From positions 1 through 44,587 of IMG/VR virus record IMGVR_UViG_3300030433_002207: 44,587 bases of DNA; one strand, 5' to 3'. The notes beneath the pieces were generated by a model. The model saw only the letters and a program-made list of their open reading frames with translations, ran no database searches and was not told the origin of the DNA. The position numbers and the translations under genes were made by a program. The stretch's first letter is position 1. Each line of letters starts with the position of its first letter. This document shows, piece by piece, positions 1-7,802 of this stretch. Source of the stretch: a virus. Taxonomy: Duplodnaviria > Caudoviricetes.

Positions 1-126
1 CGAGAGGACTGCGTCACGACGAGGGCCACCTACTTCTCCACCGAGTCTACCGAGGGTGACAGCAGCACCCATTTTTCCAGCCTTCTTAAGCTTTCGTCGT
101 CGTTTCGAACTTTTTAATCTCGCCAT
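1..126 (-). CDS. Small basic protein, truncated by the window edge (MARLKSSKRRRKLKKAGKMGAAVTLGRLGGEVGGPRRDAVLS...)
   Basis: Hand translation; ATG at 126, open to position 1. AAVTLGRLGGxxGG resembles the small basic KGG-like protein pattern (AAVALGRLGGLKGG). Confidence 0.6.
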   Translation of the reverse strand, partial: MARLKSSKRRRKLKKAGKMGAAVTLGRLGGEVGGPRRDAVLS

Positions 127-181
127 TTCAGATGCCTTTTTGTTTTCGATACTATGTGCTTGACCGCTCAAGCATACGGGG

Positions 182-784
182 TCACTCTTTATCTGGGAGG
201 GAGATCTCTTCGGGACTGACCTCACTTGAGTCGCCTCCCATAACACTACCGTCGATTATATTCTGCTTGAAATCCAGTAGTCCAGCGTTCTTTAGCTCTG
301 TTAGAGCAGCCGCTAAAGTTTCATCCGTAGCCGGGGCACGACCATCATACAAGACATGTTGATGATCAACTTCGCCTTCCATCCGCATGATGGAGACAGA
401 TTCAGGGTCGTCCCGCCACTCGTCCCCAAGCAGTCTCCGTGGCCCATTTTTCAGCCATGCCATGGGGTTGTTAACCTTGATCTGCGCTTCCACCATGACA
501 GATGCATGCCCGATAGATTCGATCACATCCCAATAAAACTCACGATACATACCTTTGGCAGCATCCCTGCCTTTATGCATCCATTGAGCAAATGTATTCG
601 GAGCAATACCCAGAACACCGCATACCGATGTGATCGTGGCACCTAGCCTTAAATACTGGAGCATCTTGTCATATTGCTCACGATTCTCCAGTAGTTGTTT
701 CAACTTACTCGGTCGTCCTCCTTTTCGTTTGGAGGATGGGGCTTGTTCAAAGTCGTTGGTCAGGTTTTCAGTTTGCTCGCTCAT
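182..784 (-). CDS. terS: Putative terminase small subunit (HTH DNA-binding)
   Basis: GGRPSKL followed by HTH-like LRLGATITSVCGVLGIAPNTFAQW and a later AWL motif; size typical of phage TerS-like proteins. Confidence 0.65.
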   Translation of the reverse strand: MSEQTENLTNDFEQAPSSKRKGGRPSKLKQLLENREQYDKMLQYLRLGATITSVCGVLGIAPNTFAQWMHKGRDAAKGMYREFYWDVIESIGHASVMVEAQIKVNNPMAWLKNGPRRLLGDEWRDDPESVSIMRMEGEVDHQHVLYDGRAPATDETLAAALTELKNAGLLDFKQNIIDGSVMGGDSSEVSPEEISLPDKE

Positions 785-828
785 GCTCTAAGTTTACCCA
801 TAAGTGCCTTTTAGATCAATCAATGCAT

Positions 829-865
829 AAAAAAACCCACCGAACTTGCATTAAGTTGGTGGGTT
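829..865 (-). terminator. Intrinsic terminator after the basic-protein cluster
   Basis: Minus strand AACCCACC-AACTT-aatgc-AAGTT-c-GGTGGGTT followed by a T run. Confidence 0.75.
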
Positions 866-900
866 GATACAGCCTAAAGTAGCGAAAAACTGTACTTAAA

Positions 901-1071
901 TTAGACTTCGTCGAGTCTTACAGGCTTAATCTTTCGGAATTTCTTCCGACCTTTTTGCATACCTTTGACAGTTTTGAGGGCTTCTGCCGTGGATTTCTTC
1001 CCGGACGTAGCCTTCTTTAATTGATGTCTGACGTTCTTGACGTACTTTGCTCTTCCTCGTAGTGAAGCCAT
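901..1071 (-). CDS. 56-aa highly basic protein (MASLRGRAKYVKNVRHQLKK...RKKFRKIKPVRLDEV)
   Basis: Hand translation, not in the ORF track; 19/56 K+R; AAAGGT upstream; tightly packed behind the previous ORF. Confidence 0.7.
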   Translation of the reverse strand: MASLRGRAKYVKNVRHQLKKATSGKKSTAEALKTVKGMQKGRKKFRKIKPVRLDEV

Positions 1072-1075
1072 TTGT

Positions 1076-1216
1076 CTAACCTTTCATTTTTTTAGACTGT
1101 TTGTCGATAAAGTTTTTCATAGGATCGCCCTTGTAGGACGCTTTCTTCTTCCGCTTGTAAGCAGCATCACGACTGTGTTTGTGTTGCGCTTTGAGTTTGT
1201 TCTTTGGCCTTGGCAT
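1076..1216 (-). CDS. 46-aa highly basic protein (MPRPKNKLKAQHKHSRDAAYKRKKK...)
   Basis: Hand translation, not in track; GGAG RBS upstream of the ATG; 17/46 K+R. Confidence 0.7.
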   Translation of the reverse strand: MPRPKNKLKAQHKHSRDAAYKRKKKASYKGDPMKNFIDKQSKKMKG

Positions 1217-1322
1217 AATATTTCTCCCGTAGCTTTTGCTTTTCTACTTCTGGGAGAAAAGACTTTTCCAAGTTCTCCCGTTTTAGTTTTCGATGATGAA
1301 TGTACGCTGCTAAGTGTGTCAT
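1167..1322 (-). CDS. 51-aa hypothetical protein (MTHLAAYIHHRKLKRENLEK...)
   Basis: Hand translation; ATGA start/stop coupling with 1319..1513; overlaps the next ORF by 50 nt. Confidence 0.5.
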   Translation of the reverse strand: MTHLAAYIHHRKLKRENLEKSFLPEVEKQKLREKYYAKAKEQTQSATQTQS

Positions 1323-1513
1323 TTCTTTTTAGCTTGTTCTTTTTTCAACTTAGCTTTCATTGCATTTATTTTGGCACTCCTCGGTGATTTCATAGCTGGG
1401 GGTGCTGCTGGTTTGCCACCATGCTTTTTCTTACCATACTTCTGCTCGTCCATTGCTTTACGCAACTTGGACTGAAATCGTTGGTGTCCTTGAAGTGATC
1501 TTAACTTAGCCAT
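1319..1513 (-). CDS. 64-aa highly basic protein
   Basis: ORF track; 21/64 K+R; AAAGGA RBS. Confidence 0.7.
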   Translation of the reverse strand: MAKLRSLQGHQRFQSKLRKAMDEQKYGKKKHGGKPAAPPAMKSPRSAKINAMKAKLKKEQAKKK

Positions 1514-1597
1514 TGTAATTTTCCTTTCGTGCTAAAAGCCAGCACTAGCTAGAGATTGAGTAGCCGAACCCCTTTGCTAGTGCTAGCCCAAGCCCTT

Positions 1598-2176
1598 TTA
1601 TTTCTTTTTCTTCTTTCGTTTCTTAGGAGTATGAGTCCCAGCTTTGATTCTTGCTCTGTAATCTCTTTGGTAAGCAGTTGCTTTCTTACGATGAGCTTCT
1701 ATACCTTTTGCACCACGACTTCGGTCATCACCTTTTTTCTGGTTTGGTCGACCACCATGGCGATGCAGCTTACCGCTAATTTTATACATCTGGTAGATAC
1801 CACCTGCCTTGAGGTTTTTCTTACCTCCGACTTTGGCACCACCACGTTTGGCAACCGTCTTCCCGTCGATCATTAGGTGACCAGACTTACTGACTTTCAC
1901 CTTACCGCCGGTACGTTTGATACTTTGAAGTTTACGACCAAACGCATTCTCCGCACGAACCATTGCCCGGTTAGATTCTTTAGTCTGATCCCCTTTGTTG
2001 TAACGCTCGTGAGCCTTTACAACTTTCGACCATAGTTTCTCAAGATCTTTCTTGTAAGACTCTAGGGTCCCTTTGCCTTCTTTGTATCTTTTGCGTGAGT
2101 AACGCATGTCGACCCACTCATCCTGAAAGGAAAATGGGTCGCCATTGAATTGTGGTTTGAATCGCTTTCGTTCCAT
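1598..2176 (-). CDS. 192-aa very basic K/R/G-rich protein, probable nucleic-acid binder
   Basis: ORF track; K/R-rich throughout, ends KKRKKKKK; starts 1 nt after the ParB-fusion stop. Confidence 0.7.
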   Translation of the reverse strand: MERKRFKPQFNGDPFSFQDEWVDMRYSRKRYKEGKGTLESYKKDLEKLWSKVVKAHERYNKGDQTKESNRAMVRAENAFGRKLQSIKRTGGKVKVSKSGHLMIDGKTVAKRGGAKVGGKKNLKAGGIYQMYKISGKLHRHGGRPNQKKGDDRSRGAKGIEAHRKKATAYQRDYRARIKAGTHTPKKRKKKKK

Positions 2177-2177
2177 C

Positions 2178-3461
2178 TCAACTTCTCTTTAGTCTGTGCC
2201 TCCGCTTAGTCATGAAGGCATCTAAAAATATGTATTCCGGCCCTTTTGGCAAATTGCGAATGAACTTTTCCCTTAGCTCAATCCCTCCGTATATTATAAC
2301 ACCTTGAGGCTGGATACACTCGTTTGCAACATGCATAGCACGGGCAAAACTAGCCCAAGCTTTACGATCCCCCTTCGTTACCCTACACTGCGTTGCCACA
2401 AGTGGGCAGTTTTCTGGGAGAGACTCGTACATGAACGGGGCATTTTCTTCGGGATCACCACCCCAAGGTAATGTCGGGATGACTTTGATTCCGAACTCCT
2501 GCCAAAACCTAGCACACCACCGACTTCTATACACATTATAGAGTCGAACAGGGAAGGGCCAGCTAGACCAAGTCGAAAAATCTGGAGCAACTACGGAATC
2601 CCATTCATCTTCAACAAGTATTTTGACAAACTCTTTCTTTCGCTGCCAAACCTTTTCGAACCTATGGTCTTCGGTGAAGAATCCAAGAGTACCACCGACT
2701 CGGTCTTCCGGGAATGGTCGTGCTGAGTAACAATACCAAGCTTCAGGTACGTTTGTCTTGTCTTGACGATCCCAAGTGATAGTGGGTGGCTGTGTTGCAA
2801 TTCCTTCTGGGTCGAGAGCAGGGATATCTCCGTAGCCTTCGAAGAATACATCTTCGTTCACCTCGTAAGTAACAACGGACTCATCATACTCGACCTCTCT
2901 TCGTGCTGGATCTAGAATCTCTTCCTGTTCTCGATCACTAACAATCTTCTGGCGGTTGAGGAATGAAGCTGGTGCGTTACCAATCCCAACATCAAATGCG
3001 TAGGAGTCTAGCTGGTGAGTAAATGTTTCGAGAACTCGTGCCTCTTCGTCTGCTAGGTTCTCCAACCTGTCTTCATCCTGCTTCAAGGATTTGGTGAGAG
3101 CCTGCAAAGCTTCGGCATCAGTTTCTGCCATGGAACCAAGAGGGTCGAGAGTAGCTAGCAAGTCCTTTTCCTGAGCCTCGCTCCACCAACCAATCAAAAC
3201 AGGAACGGAATCAATTCCATTTTCAATGGCGACTTGCTTACGCCCATGACCATCAATCAGGTTGCCAGTGTTCTCATTGAACTTTAGGGCATCAGCCCAT
3301 CCATTGTTTTTGATGGATGCTCCAATAGCTGATCGCTGCTTGGGAGGGTGCTTACGCCAGTTCAAGGGGTTATCATCTAATGATGTGGGGTCAACCCATA
3401 CTAACTCCCTGATTCCTACTTGGGGGGTCGCAGGGGGGCGTTTTTTGGTCTTTTTAGGCAT
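2178..3461 (-). CDS. ParB-N-like domain fused to DUF4417-like domain
   Basis: N-terminal NPLNWRKH...SIKNNGWADAL...LIDGHGR (ParB/Srx fold). C-terminal FFTEDHRFEKVW...PDFS...YNVYRSRW...WQEFGIKVIPTL matches the DUF4417 pattern. Confidence 0.8.
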   Translation of the reverse strand: MPKKTKKRPPATPQVGIRELVWVDPTSLDDNPLNWRKHPPKQRSAIGASIKNNGWADALKFNENTGNLIDGHGRKQVAIENGIDSVPVLIGWWSEAQEKDLLATLDPLGSMAETDAEALQALTKSLKQDEDRLENLADEEARVLETFTHQLDSYAFDVGIGNAPASFLNRQKIVSDREQEEILDPARREVEYDESVVTYEVNEDVFFEGYGDIPALDPEGIATQPPTITWDRQDKTNVPEAWYCYSARPFPEDRVGGTLGFFTEDHRFEKVWQRKKEFVKILVEDEWDSVVAPDFSTWSSWPFPVRLYNVYRSRWCARFWQEFGIKVIPTLPWGGDPEENAPFMYESLPENCPLVATQCRVTKGDRKAWASFARAMHVANECIQPQGVIIYGGIELREKFIRNLPKGPEYIFLDAFMTKRRHRLKRS

Positions 3462-3504
3462 GCTACTCTCTCACCTCGTAATTTATAGAATAAAAAGATA
3501 CATA

Positions 3505-3533
3505 CTATAGGTATCAATTTCGTGAATTTAATT
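3505..3533 (-). promoter_or_regulatory. 29-bp repeated intergenic motif, copy 1 (AATTAAATTCACGAAATTGATACCTATAG)
   Basis: Ungapped similarity to four other intergenic copies; overlaps near-palindrome GTGAATT-T-AATTCAT. Confidence 0.6.
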
Positions 3534-3914
3534 CATTTCACCTTCTGGTGTCATCGTGAATGTAAGTTCTTTTTTGCCATCGTCATGGGTACGCATCAGG
3601 GCGGTGGTACTGTATTTACCTACCCGAACTAGATCAGCCATTCGTACTATTTGATCTGCTGACAATGTCTCTTCATGGATCTCATCGAGTTCCACCTTCT
3701 CATCAACCAGAGCCATGTAAGCTCGATTGAGAAGCTCTGACGACACTGCTGCCATACGTAATCTGACTGCATCATGTTTGTCGATATCGTAGATGTCTTT
3801 CGGGGATACGCTGTAGCCACCAACACCAAGGAACTGTCGTGGTCCCTGATCCTGATCCTCCAGCATCACCAAACGCATCTCAATTTGAAAACCGCTACTC
3901 ATCATCTTCCTCAC
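3528..3914 (-). CDS. Hypothetical protein
   Basis: ORF track; operon position downstream of the primase-helicase. Confidence 0.6.
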   Translation of the reverse strand: MRKMMSSGFQIEMRLVMLEDQDQGPRQFLGVGGYSVSPKDIYDIDKHDAVRLRMAAVSSELLNRAYMALVDEKVELDEIHEETLSADQIVRMADLVRVGKYSTTALMRTHDDGKKELTFTMTPEGEMN

Positions 3915-4125
3915 TTTCTTTTTCTTCTAATTTTTTTCTTAAATTTGATAGGGCTAGATTCAATTCCAGCGAACCTCGACAAACCGTCATGACTCCCAAG
4001 AGTTCCTCTAAAGTGAGTCCCTCTTCGAAGCCTACATGACGGACGTAATCGAATATATTGTGAACAGCACGCTGGTATCGTTCATCAGTATCGTCTGACG
4101 AGAACCTGCTGCTATGTGATATCAT
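3895..4125 (-). CDS. Hypothetical protein
   Basis: ORF track; ATGA coupling with the primase-helicase stop. Confidence 0.6.
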   Translation of the reverse strand: MISHSSRFSSDDTDERYQRAVHNIFDYVRHVGFEEGLTLEELLGVMTVCRGSLELNLALSNLRKKLEEKESEEDDE

Positions 4126-6152
4126 CTTTCAACTCTTCTAATGTTAACCTCGGCTTTATCCCAGTGGTCTCGCATCATGTCAGTGACTTTCCAGACGTTG
4201 GTTGGTCTTCCACGCCTCTTATCCTTCCTCTTCTGCGATACTACTATTTTAAGCTGTTGTAGGTCATCTAGCCTACGATGAACAGTAGAAGTTGTTAATT
4301 GTAAGTTTTGACACAGTTCTTCAATGGTCAATCCCTTGGGATAGTGTACCAATTCCCGCACAATGTCGCTCTGATAGCCGTGAGCGGTCGAGAATGCGAC
4401 TTTCTGCATGATCTGGTATATATCCTCATCAATCTCGTCCTTGCCTGCTACGAGCGCACAGGCCCGTCCTAGCTTAAGTATCTGATTGGCTAATCTAGTA
4501 CCAATTTCTGGGCGGGGGCGGTAGGACACATCGTCACTACGTTCTCGGAGGACAGATGCTCGGAGGCTACCGATGATCTGGCACAATGAGATGATACGGT
4601 CCACAACCCATGGTGGTACGGCTGGAAGCTTCTCCAGATCGAAGGTCTCGGAAAGATGCCAGATGAATGCTTGCACACTATCCTTCAGGCCATCCTCAGC
4701 CCGTCGATTGGCAATCGCATTAGTCAGCGATGCACGGATCTGAGCTTCTTGGTTATACTCTCTGTCGGAGGGTATCACTTCGACCTTTAAGAATCGCTCA
4801 CCAAGGGCAGCACGATTGTCACCGTGGACAACGTCAGTGATTCCAGCCACGATGCTGAAGTGGACTTTGGGGTAGTTACGCTTCACTCCATTTCCGTATT
4901 CGACAAGTACATTCCCATCGTAGGCATCTCTGAGTATCCCATAGAGGTTCTCCTGAACCACCAGAGGCAATGCTTTCACTGCTGTGAAGTCTTTGATGAC
5001 CAAAGTACACTCATCCAACTGAGCAAGCAGAGAGGGGTCTGAGCCATCGTCCTGACGCATTCCAGATACCAGTGAGGTTGCAGTCAGCTTGGAGCGGAAG
5101 ATACACTCCTGAGCGTGCATGAAGCTTTGTAGCATCATGGACTTACCACATCCGGGAGGTCCAACTACGTAGATCCAAAGAGGGTCGCCGGGAATCTTGT
5201 TACTGATCACGGTAGCCAAAGTGATCAAGAGTGCCTCTTCCATGTCCTTATCAAAGTGGAGACTTGCTTTGAAATCCTTTAGGACACTTTTGAAAGAGGT
5301 TCTCTTGATCTTTGGCTTTGAGGGTTTACCGGAATCATCTTGCAGCAATTCCTGAAGACGCTTCCATGTCGTCTTCTTAAGACCGTGGTCAGATATGAGA
5401 TCTCGGATATCATACTTTTCTGGGGTGGTGGAGGGCCAGACAATCGAGCGGATTGACTTGGCTTTGTCGGTTAGGGTTTCGATCACTTTGATTTTACCAT
5501 CCTGACCAGACGCATCGTTATCATAAAGCAGGATCACATCACGTTTATCGAAATGTTTCACCCATTCTTTTTTGAATGTCTCAGCCCCCGGAACAGCTAC
5601 TACAGATGCCGTAGTAACTCCAGCTTTGTCGAGCAGGCTCTCCAGAGCCAGAGCATCCCACTCGCCCTCACAAACGTAGATGGGGCCACTGTCAGCAAGC
5701 TTGTTAACCCCGTAGAGATGTCTCGCACAAGTTGGAGTGCTGCGAGTCTTCCCCTTCTCCAGAGATTCATCGTAGGTCATCAGGTTGACAAGATTTCCCT
5801 CAGAGTTGAGGACTGGCATCAGCCATCGTTCCAATGCACCATCGTACCCAAGCCCGTTACGCTTGAGTACATTAACATCGATTCCACGATCCTTAGCGAA
5901 AGACTTGAATTGCTTTTCAGACGTAGCGTCTTTGCAGAGCTTCGCCATCTCTGAGAGGAAAGTGTATGCATTGCCTTTCACTCCGCAGACTTTGCAGTGG
6001 TACTGTCCCCGTGATTTGGAGACATAGAACTTCTTCTCTTTGTCGCAGAAGGGGCAGTCCCCAACTGCCTGAGATCCACTGTCATTGAGACTCACGCCGT
6101 GGTGCGTAAACACTCTGAGCTTTGACTGCTCGTTTCCTTTTACTTTTGCCAT
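4122..6152 (-). CDS. Primase-helicase: Zn finger + TOPRIM + MCM-like AAA+ ATPase + C-terminal winged helix
   Basis: CPFC...CKVC; VCEGEWD, LLYDND, DIRD (TOPRIM); Walker A GPPGCGKS, LVIKDF, LRDAYDG, ALGERF; C-terminal HTH LTIEELCQNLQLTTSTVHRRL. Confidence 0.85.
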   Translation of the reverse strand: MAKVKGNEQSKLRVFTHHGVSLNDSGSQAVGDCPFCDKEKKFYVSKSRGQYHCKVCGVKGNAYTFLSEMAKLCKDATSEKQFKSFAKDRGIDVNVLKRNGLGYDGALERWLMPVLNSEGNLVNLMTYDESLEKGKTRSTPTCARHLYGVNKLADSGPIYVCEGEWDALALESLLDKAGVTTASVVAVPGAETFKKEWVKHFDKRDVILLYDNDASGQDGKIKVIETLTDKAKSIRSIVWPSTTPEKYDIRDLISDHGLKKTTWKRLQELLQDDSGKPSKPKIKRTSFKSVLKDFKASLHFDKDMEEALLITLATVISNKIPGDPLWIYVVGPPGCGKSMMLQSFMHAQECIFRSKLTATSLVSGMRQDDGSDPSLLAQLDECTLVIKDFTAVKALPLVVQENLYGILRDAYDGNVLVEYGNGVKRNYPKVHFSIVAGITDVVHGDNRAALGERFLKVEVIPSDREYNQEAQIRASLTNAIANRRAEDGLKDSVQAFIWHLSETFDLEKLPAVPPWVVDRIISLCQIIGSLRASVLRERSDDVSYRPRPEIGTRLANQILKLGRACALVAGKDEIDEDIYQIMQKVAFSTAHGYQSDIVRELVHYPKGLTIEELCQNLQLTTSTVHRRLDDLQQLKIVVSQKRKDKRRGRPTNVWKVTDMMRDHWDKAEVNIRRVER

Positions 6153-6190
6153 TTTGGCTCTCCTAATTAGTTCGATTAGTTGTTGTTCGG

Positions 6191-6745
6191 TTAGGTTAAA
6201 ACTATGTCACCTTTGCATTTTCTGCAACGGTATGCGAAAGTCCCTCTTCTAAGACGACCAGCTTGAGTCGATCCCAAGGAGGTCATGCTGCCACATGGAC
6301 AACTTGCGGCAACTCGTTTATTCCTGCGTGCAATCCCAGTACGATCAATGTTGTGACAACGCTTCGGTGGATAGCCACACTTGATCATGAGTTGCTTCCA
6401 GACTCGGTTGTGTCCGTTGGACTTGCCATTCAGGATGTAATCCAGCACATGGCAAATTTCATGAACGATAGTTTCGTCACGTTGCTCTGGAGTGGCTCGT
6501 AGCCAGAGAGGACATGAGAACTTCATGTACAGACGATCAAAATCCACTTCGTCTACGGGAGTTAAGTACGGCATGTCTTCAGGATCAACCAAATCAGAAA
6601 ATTTGCAACCTGCTTTGCCTGCACATCGAGTCATACGTTTGCTGAATGAAACTTCGACGTTGTAGTAATCGTAGTTCAAACCGAATTTAGCAAAGCAATC
6701 TTTTGCAATCGTATCGATCCTCTTAATCTCTTGTAACCAATTCAT
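6191..6745 (-). CDS. SprT-like zinc metalloprotease
   Basis: RMTRCAG, HEICH, GHNRVWK and C-terminal CPC...CRKC; start MNWLQ at 6745 coupled by TAATG to the upstream ORF. Confidence 0.85.
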   Translation of the reverse strand: MNWLQEIKRIDTIAKDCFAKFGLNYDYYNVEVSFSKRMTRCAGKAGCKFSDLVDPEDMPYLTPVDEVDFDRLYMKFSCPLWLRATPEQRDETIVHEICHVLDYILNGKSNGHNRVWKQLMIKCGYPPKRCHNIDRTGIARRNKRVAASCPCGSMTSLGSTQAGRLRRGTFAYRCRKCKGDIVLT

Positions 6746-6921
6746 TACTCGTCCTCCTCTTCGGTATACTCTGTGGACTCGCAACATTCAGTTGCTAATT
6801 CAGTCCAACGGTAAGTGCTGCTGTAGTACGCTCCACGGATTGAACATAGTCCGTAGCTGTCGTCTGCAAATTCTGTTTCAACAAGTTCTGCGGGGTGTCC
6901 GCACTGGTAACAAATCACCAT
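6745..6921 (-). CDS. 58-aa Cys-containing acidic protein (MVICYQCGHPAELV...ECCESTEYTEEEDE)
   Basis: Hand translation, not in track; AAGGAG RBS; TAATG coupling to SprT. Confidence 0.65.
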   Translation of the reverse strand: MVICYQCGHPAELVETEFADDSYGLCSIRGAYYSSTYRWTELATECCESTEYTEEEDE

Positions 6922-6948
6922 GTCATGTCTCCTTAGGGTTTGATTTAA

Positions 6949-7209
6949 TTAAAAAGGAACGTCAGAATCTTTTGCTGTCTCTTGCTCAAACAAAGACTCA
7001 TACGCAAGTTGACGAGCATCTTTTTCTTCCTGCGGCAAAGCCATCCATTCTTGATCGTCCCAATACTGTTCCCAATCACCATCATTCCAAGATGCTGTTT
7101 TGAATCTTAAAGCTTCCTCTTTAGCTTCCTTGGCGAGAGCTTCGTTTAGCTGTTGATGCTCTTCTGCGACTTTAACCATGAATGCTTTGTAACTTTTTAG
7201 ATCGTTCAT
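6949..7209 (-). CDS. Hypothetical protein with SSB-like acidic C-terminus (DSDVPF)
   Basis: ORF track; GAGGAG RBS. Confidence 0.7.
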   Translation of the reverse strand: MNDLKSYKAFMVKVAEEHQQLNEALAKEAKEEALRFKTASWNDGDWEQYWDDQEWMALPQEEKDARQLAYESLFEQETAKDSDVPF

Positions 7210-7296
7210 CTGTGTGTCTCCTCTAGGGTTTGTTTTTGTGGCAACCGTTTGCCAACTTCATATACCTTACTACAAACCTTATCGGTATGTAAACCC

Positions 7297-7325
7297 CCAT
7301 AGGTTACTATTTTGTGAATTTAATT
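7297..7325 (-). promoter_or_regulatory. 29-bp repeated motif, copy 2 (AATTAAATTCACAAAATAGTAACCTATGG)
   Basis: Intergenic, upstream of a possible promoter for 6949..7209. Confidence 0.6.
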
Positions 7326-7330
7326 AGTAT

Positions 7331-7555
7331 TTATTTCTTACCATCGCCCAGATAGGGACGAGTGTTCCAAGCTTCGATTGCTTTGTCTGGGGTTTCTTTT
7401 GGTGGCCCATCGCAATCGCACTGCAAGCAGTTGATCCAGCAGAGATCGCTGCTCTCCAGAAGTTGTGGGTAGAAGTGTCCGCAGAATGGACAAGGTTTCA
7501 CCGGGTTGTTCTTTTCGACAAGATCCCTAAAGGTATCACGATTAATGCGAATCAT
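7331..7555 (-). CDS. Lar-family (restriction alleviation-like) Zn-ribbon protein
   Basis: KPCPFCG...CLQC...AIEAWNTR pattern. Confidence 0.8.
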   Translation of the reverse strand: MIRINRDTFRDLVEKNNPVKPCPFCGHFYPQLLESSDLCWINCLQCDCDGPPKETPDKAIEAWNTRPYLGDGKK

Positions 7556-7802
7556 TTAACTTCTCCTGAGCATCGCTCCAACCAAGTCTGTACATGAATG
7601 CACACATCTCAGACCATTTGGCTCTCTGGTTCCATTGTTCAGCAGTCTCACGTTGGACTCCACAACTCTTGCAGCCATATCCTGAGGGGAGGCTGAGTGA
7701 AACATTCTGGAGGGAATGAAACTCTTCTGCTTCATGTCCGCAGAATGGGCATGGCCGCAGGATGATTCGTTCCTTTTCTTCTTTTTTATGTTTACGCCCC
7801 AT
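7542..7802 (-). CDS. Lar-family-like Zn-ribbon protein
   Basis: LRPCPFCG...CKSCG...WNQR pattern. Confidence 0.75.
   Translation of the reverse strand: MGRKHKKEEKERIILRPCPFCGHEAEEFHSLQNVSLSLPSGYGCKSCGVQRETAEQWNQRAKWSEMCAFMYRLGWSDAQEKLNDSH

Noticed and set aside
1037-1876. Plus-strand Phe/Leu-rich 'membrane' ORFs 1037..1387 and 1556..1876
   Set aside because: They are the antisense reading of Lys-rich minus-strand genes (AAA/AAG read as TTT/CTT) and lack good starts.
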